Source of the DNA: Cellvibrionales bacterium
GTDB lineage: Bacteria; Pseudomonadota; Gammaproteobacteria; Pseudomonadales; UBA7434
DNA length: 44,782 bases
Assembly (NCBI GenBank): GCA_002726445.1
Contig: PBSZ01000059.1
Span: 1 to 44,782 of the forward strand
Direction of reading: 5' to 3'
The notes under the pieces are model-generated. The model did no database searches, was not told the origin of the DNA, and saw only the letters and a list, made by a program, of their open reading frames with translations. This document shows positions 1 to 9,478 of this stretch, piece after piece (the stretch's first letter is position 1; every line of letters starts with the position of its first letter). A program made the position numbers and the translations under genes.

Positions 1-1178
1 AACACATAGACCTCTTCGGGAAAAAGATCTATTTTGACATTTTCTATAAACTCTAAAGAGTTGCCCGCGTTTTGCTGAAGCTCTAACAAGCCCTGCACCC
101 ACTGTCTTGCGCGTACATGACTGCCCACCGAGGCATCTTGATTATTCGCTTTATACAGCCAATGTGCAGCAATGCCATTATTCGCCATCTGCTCCATTTC
201 TTCCGTGCGAATCTGTATTTCTATTGGCACCCCGTGCATGCCAAATAACACCGTGTGTAAAGACTGGTATCCATTGGCTTTAGGAATCGCAATATAATCT
301 TTAAAATGTCCCGGTCGAGGCTTATAAAGACTGTGAATAGACCCCAGTGTTCGATAACAATCATCGGGCGAGTTGAGAATAATGCGGAAGGCAAATACGT
401 CCATGATTTCAGTGAATGATCGGCTCTTGCTGCGCATCTTTTGATAAATGCTGTAGAGATGCTTCTCACGACCAATCACCCGTGCAGTGATACCGTCTTT
501 TCCCAATTGCTCAGCAATTTGCTTTTCGACATTGGCTATCAACGCCTTTCGATTGCCACGAGTAGACTCGATGGCCGCTCGAATGCGTTTAGCTCGCATG
601 GGGTAAAGCGTGGAAAAGCCTAAGTCTTCAAATTCAATTCTTATATCATTCATACCCAAACGGTTGGCAATGGGGGCATATATTTCCAGCGTTTCTTTGG
701 CAATTCGGCGGCGCTTATCAGCCCCTAGAACATCGAGCGTGCGCATATTGTGAAGGCGGTCGGCCAACTTCACTAAAATAACCCGTAAATCGCGCGCCAT
801 GGCCATAGCCATTTTTTGAAAGTTCTCGGCTTGCTTTTCGGCCTGTGTTTGAAACTCAAACTGAGTCAGCTTGCTCACGCCGTCAACCAGCTCGGCCACT
901 GTTGCGCCAAACTGATCGCTCAAGGCTAATTTATCGACATCAGTGTCTTCAATCACATCATGCAGCATGGCCGCCGCTAAACTCTGATGGTCCATATGCA
1001 TATCGGCAAGAATATTGGCCACAGCAAGGGGGTGGGTCACATAGGGTTCGCCTGATCGACGGGTTTGTCCTACATGGGCCTGCTCCGCACAGTAATAGGC
1101 ACGACGAACCGTCTCAACCTGATCCGTATCGAGGTAAGTGTCCAGTTTATCGGTTAAATCGCTTATTGTTGTCGCCAT
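1..1178 (-). CDS. spoT: Bifunctional (p)ppGpp synthetase/hydrolase SpoT, N-terminal ~392 codons; the 3' end runs off the left window edge
   Basis: Absent from the ORF track because it is open at the window edge. Manual reverse-strand translation from the ATG at 1178 gives MATTISDLTDKLDTYLDTDQVETVRRAYYCAEQAHVGQTRRSGEPYVTHPLAVANILADMHMDHQSLAAAMLHDVIEDT (HD hydrolase domain). It continues through HLYSIYQKM... and YQSLHTVLFGMHGVPIEIQIRTEEMEQMANNGIAAHWLYK (RelA/SpoT synthetase motif). The gene lies downstream of gmk-rpoZ, as in E. coli. Confidence 0.93.
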   Translation of the reverse strand, partial: MATTISDLTDKLDTYLDTDQVETVRRAYYCAEQAHVGQTRRSGEPYVTHPLAVANILADMHMDHQSLAAAMLHDVIEDTDVDKLALSDQFGATVAELVDGVSKLTQFEFQTQAEKQAENFQKMAMAMARDLRVILVKLADRLHNMRTLDVLGADKRRRIAKETLEIYAPIANRLGMNDIRIEFEDLGFSTLYPMRAKRIRAAIESTRGNRKALIANVEKQIAEQLGKDGITARVIGREKHLYSIYQKMRSKSRSFTEIMDVFAFRIILNSPDDCYRTLGSIHSLYKPRPGHFKDYIAIPKANGYQSLHTVLFGMHGVPIEIQIRTEEMEQMANNGIAAHWLYKANNQDASVGSHVRARQWVQGLLELQQNAGNSLEFIENVKIDLFPEEVYV

Positions 1179-1242
1179 GACAACAATATAAGCGCTAGAA
1201 GAGGTTTTGAATAGAGAAAGTGTTAAAAATGAAGGCTTTAAA

Positions 1243-1494
1243 TTATAAACCGAACTCGGCTGCGAGCTCTTCGGTTAAATCATCGACCTGCTCTTCTGTA
1301 TCAATGTTCTTAGGATCGATAAGGCCTTTTTCAATTTCACGTAAAGCTATAACCGGTGGTTTATCATCGGCCACATCGACCATAGGATCTTTGCCTTGGG
1401 TGGCGATTTGACGTGCGCGTTTGCTGGCAACCATCACTAATTCAAAGCGGTTTTCAACGTGATCTAAGCATTCTTCTACAGTAATTCTAGCCAT
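1243..1494 (-). CDS. rpoZ: DNA-directed RNA polymerase subunit omega
   Basis: 83-aa [33 protein letters not shown]... is a typical RpoZ N-terminus. Its position between gmk and spoT fits. Confidence 0.95.
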   Translation of the reverse strand: MARITVEECLDHVENRFELVMVASKRARQIATQGKDPMVDVADDKPPVIALREIEKGLIDPKNIDTEEQVDDLTEELAAEFGL

Positions 1495-1613
1495 GGTATG
1501 TGCCTGTCTGAGGAAATAAAAACGTGCAAGCCTTTTGGGCAGGTGCTAAAAAGGTCAGGCATTATATGCAAGTTTAGCCAATTTGGCGAGCGTGACGACT
1601 CTTTTAAGGCCTA

Positions 1614-2261
1614 TTATTGGTCGGAATCTTGAATTAATGCGGCTAATAAGCCTTTATATTGTTGCTGTTGCTGGGTGCGGCTTAGGCGCTGCGCCTGAAT
1701 TACCGCTTGAAGATCGGCTAAGGCAGCTTCAAAGTCATCATTGACGATTAAATAGTCGGCATGATGGTAATGTCGCATCTCGTCGACCGCCGCCGCCATT
1801 CGCCCGGCAATGACCGCTTCATCGTCCTGACCGCGACCGGTTAAGCGCGCCTGCAAGGCTTCCATAGAGGGCGGCAAAATGAAAATACCCACCCCCGATT
1901 CGCCAAGTTCCGCCGCCAACCATTCATGGGTTTGCTGCGCGCCTTGCCAATCAATTTCAAGAATAACGTCAGAACCAAGACTCAGTTGCCGGTCAACCCA
2001 GTCTTTCGAGGTGCCATAGGCATTACCAAAAACGGTTGCATGCTCTAAAAAGCGGCCATCGTTAACCATTTGGGCAAACGTGGCGGCATCAACAAAATGA
2101 TAATTAACCCCGTCTACCTCGCCGGGCCTCATCGGCCGTGTCGTGTGCGAGACCGAGACCTTAAGCCGTTGATCGGTCGCTAATAGCGCATCGACCAGGC
2201 TGGTCTTACCTGCCCCCGATGGTGCAGATACGGTGAATAAATGTCCTCTAACCAATGCCAT
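1614..2261 (-). CDS. gmk: Guanylate kinase
   Basis: Contains the P-loop SAPSGAGKTSL and TTRPMRPGEVDGVNYHF. The track ORF extends to 2315, but the ATG at 2261 (MALVRGHLFTVSAPSGAGK) gives a canonical ~215-aa length. The start is uncertain by 18 codons. Confidence 0.9.
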   Translation of the reverse strand: MALVRGHLFTVSAPSGAGKTSLVDALLATDQRLKVSVSHTTRPMRPGEVDGVNYHFVDAATFAQMVNDGRFLEHATVFGNAYGTSKDWVDRQLSLGSDVILEIDWQGAQQTHEWLAAELGESGVGIFILPPSMEALQARLTGRGQDDEAVIAGRMAAAVDEMRHYHHADYLIVNDDFEAALADLQAVIQAQRLSRTQQQQQYKGLLAALIQDSDQ

Positions 2262-2336
2262 AGCCTTTAACCTGTCCCAGTAATGACTGGCATATATCGT
2301 AAAGGGCAAGACCATAAATGTAAAATGCCGGATCGA

Positions 2337-3227
2337 CTATTCAATATTCTGTACCTGCTCGCGCATTTGTTCGATCAACACCTTTAAGTTAACTGCGCCC
2401 TGAGTGCTCTGCGTCGCAATCGATTTTGAGCCTAAGGTATTCGCCTCACGATTCAATTCCTGCATGAGAAAATCGAGTCGTCGACCACAGGGTTCAGCCT
2501 TAGCCAGCGTGATACGCACCTCGTCGGTATGCGCGGTTAATCGGTCAATTTCTTCAGCAATATCGACTTTTTGCGCTAACATCACGACTTCTTGCGCAAC
2601 GCGCTCCTGATCGATCTCGATGGCAAAGCTGGCTAGCTTCTCTTCTAAGCGTTGCTGGTGTTCGGCTAAAATGCTAGGCAATGCCTGCTTTATATCAGCG
2701 ACTAAGTCGTCAATCTGATCCAGTCGAGTAATAATAGTGGCGGCCATCCGCTGCCCTTCGCTATGGCGGGCCTCGGTTAACTGCGTCACCGCCTGATTAA
2801 AGCTGAGCAGTAACGTCTCGGTGATCAACTCAATGTTCATTTCACTCGCCTGCAATACACCTGGCCACTGTAAAATTTGGTGGCTGCTTAGCGGCTCTAA
2901 ACGGCTGTCTTGGTCCTTCAAGCTTTGCGCCGCGAGCAAAAGCGCATCAACCTTAGCTTGATTGATGACGAAACTCTGCTCGGCTTCGTTCGGCTTAAAA
3001 TGTAAGTGGCATTCAATTTTACCGCGAGCAACGGCTAGCCTAATTTTTTCGCGCAATACAGGCTCAATACTCTTTAGCTTGTCAGGCAGTTTAAATTGAA
3101 CTTCCGTATAGCGATGATTAACACTGCGCAACTCCCAAACAAAATCGCCTATCTCATGACTGCCTTGCACACGGGCAAAAGCCGTCATGCTGTTAGTAGG
3201 GTATAAAGGGGGAACTTGATCAGTCAT
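2337..3227 (-). CDS. yicC: YicC-family stress-induced protein (YicC N-terminal domain plus DUF1732)
   Basis: 296-aa ORF with MTAFARVQG... near the N-terminus and C-terminal EIDRLTAH..GRRLDFLMQELNREANTLGSKS. It is divergent from rph, as in E. coli. AAGG lies 7 nt upstream of the ATG at 3227. Confidence 0.85.
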   Translation of the reverse strand: MTDQVPPLYPTNSMTAFARVQGSHEIGDFVWELRSVNHRYTEVQFKLPDKLKSIEPVLREKIRLAVARGKIECHLHFKPNEAEQSFVINQAKVDALLLAAQSLKDQDSRLEPLSSHQILQWPGVLQASEMNIELITETLLLSFNQAVTQLTEARHSEGQRMAATIITRLDQIDDLVADIKQALPSILAEHQQRLEEKLASFAIEIDQERVAQEVVMLAQKVDIAEEIDRLTAHTDEVRITLAKAEPCGRRLDFLMQELNREANTLGSKSIATQSTQGAVNLKVLIEQMREQVQNIE

Positions 3228-3466
3228 ATTAAGTACCTTATTAGCAATCAGCTGGATGTCATCATCGGTTCACTCAACCGTGACCCGTGCAATGATCCCT
3301 TGCAGGTCATTATTGTACTCGCAAGCGGCGCGGCACACGAGAGTCGATAAATAAATAAATGCGTTTTTAACAGCGGCGGTGTATTTGCCCTGCGATGTGT
3401 ATAATAGCCAGATGAATTCGATCGATGCACTTAGCTAGTCAAACCATCACCAAAGGATACTGTTTC

Positions 3467-4192
3467 ATGCAAAGACCCAGCGGCCGCAATAATGCTGAAT
3501 TACGCCCCGTTTCATTCATTCGGGGAGCAACTAAACACGCTGAAGGCTCGGTGATTGCCGAGTTTGGCGATACCCGAGTACTGTGTACCGCATCTGTCAG
3601 TAAAGGCGTGCCTCGCTTTATGAAAGGAGAAGGTCGGGGCTGGATAACGGCAGAATACGGCATGCTGCCTCGCTCAACCCACGATCGGATGAACCGCGAA
3701 GCCTCACGAGGCAAGCAAGGTGGGCGAACGCTTGAGATTCAACGCTTGATTGGTCGCTCCTTACGCTCAGCTGTCGATTTAAACGCCATGGGTGAATTCA
3801 CTATCACGATTGACTGTGATGTCCTTCAAGCCGATGGCGGCACGCGCACTGCGTCAATTACTGGCGCCTGTGTTGCGCTGGTTGATGCCTTCCAATTTAT
3901 GCAAGATCAAGCGTGGATCGAGAGCTCGCCACTCAAGTCGATGGTCGCTGCAATATCAGTGGGTATCTACCAAGGCGAAGCAGTACTCGATCTTGACTAC
4001 CCCGAAGACTCAAATGCTGAAACGGATATGAACGTGGTGATGGCAGAAGGGGGACAATTCATTGAAGTTCAAGGGACAGCAGAGGAAGCGCCGTTTTCAA
4101 AATCAGAACTGGCTGACATGCTAGATCTGGCTGAACAGGGCATCACATCACTAATTGCCGCACAAAAAAGCGCGTTATCAAGCTCTGATTAA
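3467..4192 (+). CDS. rph: Ribonuclease PH
   Basis: [17 protein letters not shown]...[18 protein letters not shown]...[15 protein letters not shown]...[20 protein letters not shown] chose the ATG at 3467 (AAGGA 9 nt upstream, ~241 aa) over the track start at 3425. Confidence 0.93.
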   Translation: MQRPSGRNNAELRPVSFIRGATKHAEGSVIAEFGDTRVLCTASVSKGVPRFMKGEGRGWITAEYGMLPRSTHDRMNREASRGKQGGRTLEIQRLIGRSLRSAVDLNAMGEFTITIDCDVLQADGGTRTASITGACVALVDAFQFMQDQAWIESSPLKSMVAAISVGIYQGEAVLDLDYPEDSNAETDMNVVMAEGGQFIEVQGTAEEAPFSKSELADMLDLAEQGITSLIAAQKSALSSSD

Positions 4193-4980
4193 AAAATCGG
4201 TAGTTTGTCTTCACTACTAATCTCATAATCGTAATCAACGATTAATGGCGCGTGGTTAGAAAACTGTTTGGCCGTTAAAATAGATGCATATTCTACTTTT
4301 TTTCTAAGCCCCTCAGAGGCAATTTGAAAATCAACTCGCCAGCCGTTTTCACCGCGCTGGCCATCAGGCCACCAAGTAAATTCGTCTTCGTCGCCAATGG
4401 CTGCTCGAAAGGCGTCGACATAACCTAAATCAATCAATATTTTATCTAACCAACCGCGCTCTTTGTCAGTAAAGCCTGGCTGTTGATGATGTTGTTCAGC
4501 TAACTGAACGTCTCTAGGTTGATGAGCAATATAAAAACAACCACTAATAATAAACTCGCGACGCTTGTGTTTAATCTTTGCTAGGTGCTCATACAGCTGA
4601 TAAAAAAATTGATGCTTTCGGTCCATGCTCAACTGATCGCCTAATAAGGCATAAGGCGCAAGCAAAGAACCAAAACTAATACGCTCAAAATCTGCTTGAA
4701 TATAACGAGCCTCATGATCAAAATCCGTAAAACCCAAACCCGTCATAATCGCTTTCGGCAGGTCGCGACAATAGATGGCAACACCGTTTGTCGTCTCTTG
4801 GTTATCAAAAAAATACGGGTTAAACGCAATGGGAAAGTAAGGCTCGTTAGGCAATAGATGCTCTTGCGCTTCAATGCCCTGAATACACACAATATCTGCA
4901 TCTTGACCGTTTAGCCACGCATAAAAACCTAAATCTGCCGCGCGCTCAATGCCATCAGCACAAAAACTAATGACACGCAT
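4189..4980 (-). CDS. crc: Crc-like protein: an exonuclease III / EEP-fold protein with degenerate catalytic positions (catabolite repression control type)
   Basis: 263-aa [40 protein letters not shown] ... FTWWPD ... GWRVDFQ ... [12 protein letters not shown] shows the EEP fold. The rph-X-pyrE position is the same as crc in Pseudomonas. Where ExoIII has N-x-N-G and Q-E-T-K, this protein reads FCADG and IQGIE. Its stop codon overlaps the rph stop codon (4189-4192). Confidence 0.72.
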   Translation of the reverse strand: MRVISFCADGIERAADLGFYAWLNGQDADIVCIQGIEAQEHLLPNEPYFPIAFNPYFFDNQETTNGVAIYCRDLPKAIMTGLGFTDFDHEARYIQADFERISFGSLLAPYALLGDQLSMDRKHQFFYQLYEHLAKIKHKRREFIISGCFYIAHQPRDVQLAEQHHQQPGFTDKERGWLDKILIDLGYVDAFRAAIGDEDEFTWWPDGQRGENGWRVDFQIASEGLRKKVEYASILTAKQFSNHAPLIVDYDYEISSEDKLPIF

Positions 4981-5091
4981 TTGTCTTTCCTTGCAAAAGC
5001 TCTTTCATAAATACCGGTTCTTCTTTAGATGATTTTTAACACGGCCGGTTACTTATACAGTTATTATTAGAGCGAACTAACGATGTCATTA

Positions 5092-5110
5092 AGATTGTAT
5101 TTTACAATCT
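5092..5110. promoter_or_regulatory. Perfect inverted repeat AGATTGTA-TTT-TACAATCT in the crc/pyrE divergent intergenic region; candidate operator
   Basis: Read directly from the sequence: 8-bp perfect arms with a 3-nt spacer. It lies between two divergently transcribed genes. No known regulator consensus was recognised. Confidence 0.3.
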
Positions 5111-5237
5111 AAACAGACAACTTGGCCAGTATTAAGTCATTTTTTGTGCATTAGTCATCATGGCGCATTTAGACTTATAATGACAAACAACAAACCGTTA
5201 ACTTAATTTAATTGCTATCGGCAGGCTAGAACATCCT

Positions 5238-5903
5238 ATGGAAGCATTTCAACGTGACTTTATCCAACTGGCTATTGAAGCCCAGGCGCTGTGTTTTGGT
5301 AACTTTACCTTAAAGTCAGGTCGAAACAGTCCCTACTTTTTTAACGCGGGTAAATTTGATAATGGCCAAGCACTTGCCATGTTAGGCAAGTGCTATGCGG
5401 CAAAAATTGTTGCCTCAGGCCTGTCTTTTGATATGTTATTTGGTCCGGCTTATAAAGGAATTCCACTGGTGGCGGTTACAGCCGCAGCACTAGCTACCGA
5501 CCACGGCATCAATATCCCTTTTGCCTTTAATCGCAAAGAAGCGAAGGCGCATGGCGAGGGCGGTAGTATTGTTGGCGCTGAACTGTCCGGTAAGGTATTA
5601 ATTATTGACGACGTTATCACCGCTGGTACCGCCATTCGTGAAGTACTTAGCCTGCTAGCCAGCTTTAAACAGGCCAGCGCCGCAGGCGTAGTTATTGGTT
5701 TAGATCGCTGTGAAAAAATAGCGGCAGATTTATCTGCCAGCCAGAGCTTTAGTCGTGATCACCAATTGCCTGTCATGAGTATCGTCACGATTGAAGATTT
5801 ACTGCAGTTTCTGACCGGTGAAGAGAGAATAAGCCCCGAGGTGGTGGCAGAGATGGAGGCTTATTGGCAACGCTATGGTGCTCCCAAGGATAATCGCTTA
5901 TAA
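5238..5903 (+). CDS. pyrE: Orotate phosphoribosyltransferase
   Basis: FTLKSGRNSPYFFNAG and the PRPP-binding motif VLIIDDVITAGTAIRE; 221 aa. Confidence 0.93.
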   Translation: MEAFQRDFIQLAIEAQALCFGNFTLKSGRNSPYFFNAGKFDNGQALAMLGKCYAAKIVASGLSFDMLFGPAYKGIPLVAVTAAALATDHGINIPFAFNRKEAKAHGEGGSIVGAELSGKVLIIDDVITAGTAIREVLSLLASFKQASAAGVVIGLDRCEKIAADLSASQSFSRDHQLPVMSIVTIEDLLQFLTGEERISPEVVAEMEAYWQRYGAPKDNRL

Positions 5904-5916
5904 GCCGTCGAATTGC

Positions 5917-6615
5917 TTAACCAACGCCTTGAGCCAGGGCTTCCTCTGAAGGATTCGTGGCCGCAGAGATGGGTTCTGCGTTTTGACGCGCTAAAGAGTG
6001 CTGTGGTGGCTGGGCAACGCTTTCTCGGAAAAAATGACCCATTAATAACTGCCACTGTTCAGGCCAAAGCTCGGTCGGTGCGCGCTTGAACTCACTGCGC
6101 ACGTATTGCCCAATTCGGCCTTCCACTGCTGATAAAACTAAATTAACCGCGCTCGCTGCGGTGACAACGGGTCGAATTCCTTCATTTATTTCAGCATCGC
6201 GAACTACCTGCTTTAGCTGAGTCTCTAACCGGTCATAAAACTGGGCAACGCGGGTTCTAAGTCGGTCGGTCTCACCGGCTAGTGCATCACCATTAAGAAT
6301 ACGTGAAATACCTGGATTTTTTTCAGCAAAGCCCAATAGCAAGGTCGTAATTCTTTCGAGCCGCCGATGGGCCTCAGTTTCTTCGGTTAAAATAACCGTT
6401 ACACGAGAAAAGATTGCTTCTTCAACAAATTCAATCAGACCCTCGAACATTTTTGCCTTACTCGGAAAGTGCCGATACAGCGCTGCTTCCGATACCCCTA
6501 CGACCTTGGCTAAACCTGCCGTAGTAATACGTTCGCCAGGGGCGACCTCAAGCATATGCGCAAGCGATTCTAAGATTTGTTGGCGTCGGGAGTATTTTTG
6601 AGCAATTCTAGGCAT
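5917..6615 (-). CDS. slmA: Nucleoid occlusion factor SlmA (TetR family) with a C-terminal extension of about 35 aa
   Basis: RRQQILESLAHMLEVAPGERITTAGLAKVVGVSEAALYRHFPSKAKMFEGLIEFVEE and LLLGFAEKNPGISRIL closely track E. coli SlmA as I remember it. The gene is adjacent to pyrE, as in E. coli. Confidence 0.85.
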   Translation of the reverse strand: MPRIAQKYSRRQQILESLAHMLEVAPGERITTAGLAKVVGVSEAALYRHFPSKAKMFEGLIEFVEEAIFSRVTVILTEETEAHRRLERITTLLLGFAEKNPGISRILNGDALAGETDRLRTRVAQFYDRLETQLKQVVRDAEINEGIRPVVTAASAVNLVLSAVEGRIGQYVRSEFKRAPTELWPEQWQLLMGHFFRESVAQPPQHSLARQNAEPISAATNPSEEALAQGVG

Positions 6616-7038
6616 GGCATTCCAGCTTTATTCAGTAGTGGCGGCCAATCTCATGATCAGCTACGCGTATGATTGATAATCGACCGAAAAGTATGCTCAT
6701 TTAACAAGACATTGCTTGTCTTAATGTTACGGCCTGTCATGGTTTTCAATGATCACGCTTTTTAATGATATAAATTATTGCCTGCTGAGCATTTAGCGTG
6801 ATTGATCGTGTTTTAATTTCAATTGCACTTCATTTTTTATCTTTGAAATTCTTTTTTCTTACCCGTTTTAGCTAAGCGTTACTTTTTATTATGTTGGTTT
6901 GCACTCACATAGCTTTGAAGTCATAAGATACTCCTAATTCTTTTTTAAGAGAAGTCTTTTTTTAAATAAATTGATAAAAGTTAAGAACTAGAATAAGTAT
7001 TAGGTTTGTGATCAAGCTGTAAAATCACGCGGCTTAGT

Positions 7039-7956
<918 letters not shown>

Positions 7957-8075
7957 TTAACTAAATTAGGGTGGCCATGATTAATTCTATTACAATGTTG
8001 AGCATTAATATATCCGACCTTTACTTTCCCTGCTACTCATTTGCCTAGTGCGGGCGTTATTGATCGCTGCTCGGC

Positions 8076-9437
8076 CTATGAGTTAATAATAGCTTGCAAT
8101 ATTGGCATAAAACGCTGCTCTATTGAACTCAGCGCCGCCTTATTATCGGCTTCAAACCGCAGATTCAGGGTCGCTGAAGTATTGGAGGCCCTTAACAAGC
8201 CCCAGCCAGTCGGCGTCGTTAGACGAATGCCGTCGAGCTTCAATCGCTGGTCAGTGGCTAATGGATTCGCCTCTAAAGCCCTAATAAAGCGCTCCACGAT
8301 AGCAAATTTATCTCTATCACTGACAGCGATATGGCGCTCACTGCTTATGCCGATTGCCGGCAAATCTGACTGCAAAGTGGCTAAGCTGCGCGTATCGCTC
8401 AGTAACGACAACAAGCGAAGGCCGGCATACAAGCCATCATCAAAACCAAACCAACCCTGTGCAAAGAAGTAATGGCCGGTATATTCACCCCCTAAAGCGG
8501 CTTGCTCCCTTCGCATTTGCTGTTTAATCAATGAGTGACCACTTTTACTGATCACCGCCCTAGCGCCGCAGCGCTCTATCCAAGCAGCAAGACGCTGGCT
8601 GGACTTAATGTCATAAACTATCGTCGCATCGGGCCACGCTTGAGTGACCGCTTCAACAAATAACATCATTAACTGATCAGGATCTAGACTTCTACCTAGC
8701 TCATCAATCGCCACCAGACGGTCAGCATCGCCATCAAAAGCCAGTCCCAGATCGGCATTAACCGCCTTGACGGTATGCTTAAGACTGTCCAGGCTACCTG
8801 GTTTAAACGGGTCGGGGGAATGGGCTGGAAAATTGCCATCGACTGAATCATACAAAGCGACGACTTCACAGCCCATTGAACGGTATAGCCGAGCCGCAAT
8901 GGAGCCTGCTGCACCATGACAACAATCGAGAACAACTTTTAACGGCGGTAATGAGGGCACAGAAGCCTGCACCGCGGCAATATAGTCCTCACTGATGTCA
9001 CAGGTTTTTAGCTGGCCTGCACCGATTGCTAGGTGATCTTCATCGATCATCACCCGCAACGCTTGAATGGACGGCTCACTTAAGGCTTTACCGTCAAGTA
9101 CAACTTTCATACCATTCATATCGCTAGGATTGTGGCTGCCCGTCACCATCACGCCTGCCTGTGTGCCGCAGTAATGGGTCGCAAAATACAGCATTGGCGT
9201 GGCAACTAAACCGATACCAATCACATCGCAACCCGTTGCTTGTAAGGCGTCGATGAGTTGTTGATAAATTCTTGGCGAGGACAGTCGACCGTCACGGCCG
9301 ACAACCAGGGTCGTTTGACCACCACGTAAAGCCAATGTGCCAATCGCACGACCAAGCCCATCAACCGTGGTGCGGTTGAGCTCAGTATCTGCGTGACCAC
9401 GAATATCATAGGCTCTAAAAATAGCGGGGCTAATCAC
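8076..9437 (-). CDS. algC: Phosphomannomutase/phosphoglucomutase
   Basis: FRAYDIRG, the active-site loop TGSHNPSDMNGMK and the metal loop FDGDADR; 453 aa. The argB-algC adjacency matches Pseudomonas. Confidence 0.9.
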   Translation of the reverse strand: MISPAIFRAYDIRGHADTELNRTTVDGLGRAIGTLALRGGQTTLVVGRDGRLSSPRIYQQLIDALQATGCDVIGIGLVATPMLYFATHYCGTQAGVMVTGSHNPSDMNGMKVVLDGKALSEPSIQALRVMIDEDHLAIGAGQLKTCDISEDYIAAVQASVPSLPPLKVVLDCCHGAAGSIAARLYRSMGCEVVALYDSVDGNFPAHSPDPFKPGSLDSLKHTVKAVNADLGLAFDGDADRLVAIDELGRSLDPDQLMMLFVEAVTQAWPDATIVYDIKSSQRLAAWIERCGARAVISKSGHSLIKQQMRREQAALGGEYTGHYFFAQGWFGFDDGLYAGLRLLSLLSDTRSLATLQSDLPAIGISSERHIAVSDRDKFAIVERFIRALEANPLATDQRLKLDGIRLTTPTGWGLLRASNTSATLNLRFEADNKAALSSIEQRFMPILQAIINS

Positions 9438-9478
9438 CTCGCACAGCGACCGAAACGTTCATCATGAGCAGACTCAAC

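Noticed and set aside
221-1180. Track ORFs 221..475(-), 441..623(+) and 845..1180(+)
   Set aside because: All lie inside the spoT coding region, in other frames or on the other strand. Their translations are low-complexity and Arg/Ser/Pro-rich, while the spoT frame gives textbook HD and synthetase motifs.
3400-3405. TATAAT hexamer upstream of rph as a promoter call
   Set aside because: No acceptable -35 element (CGGTGT at 17 nt) and no TGn extension. A lone hexamer in an AT-containing spacer is insufficient evidence.
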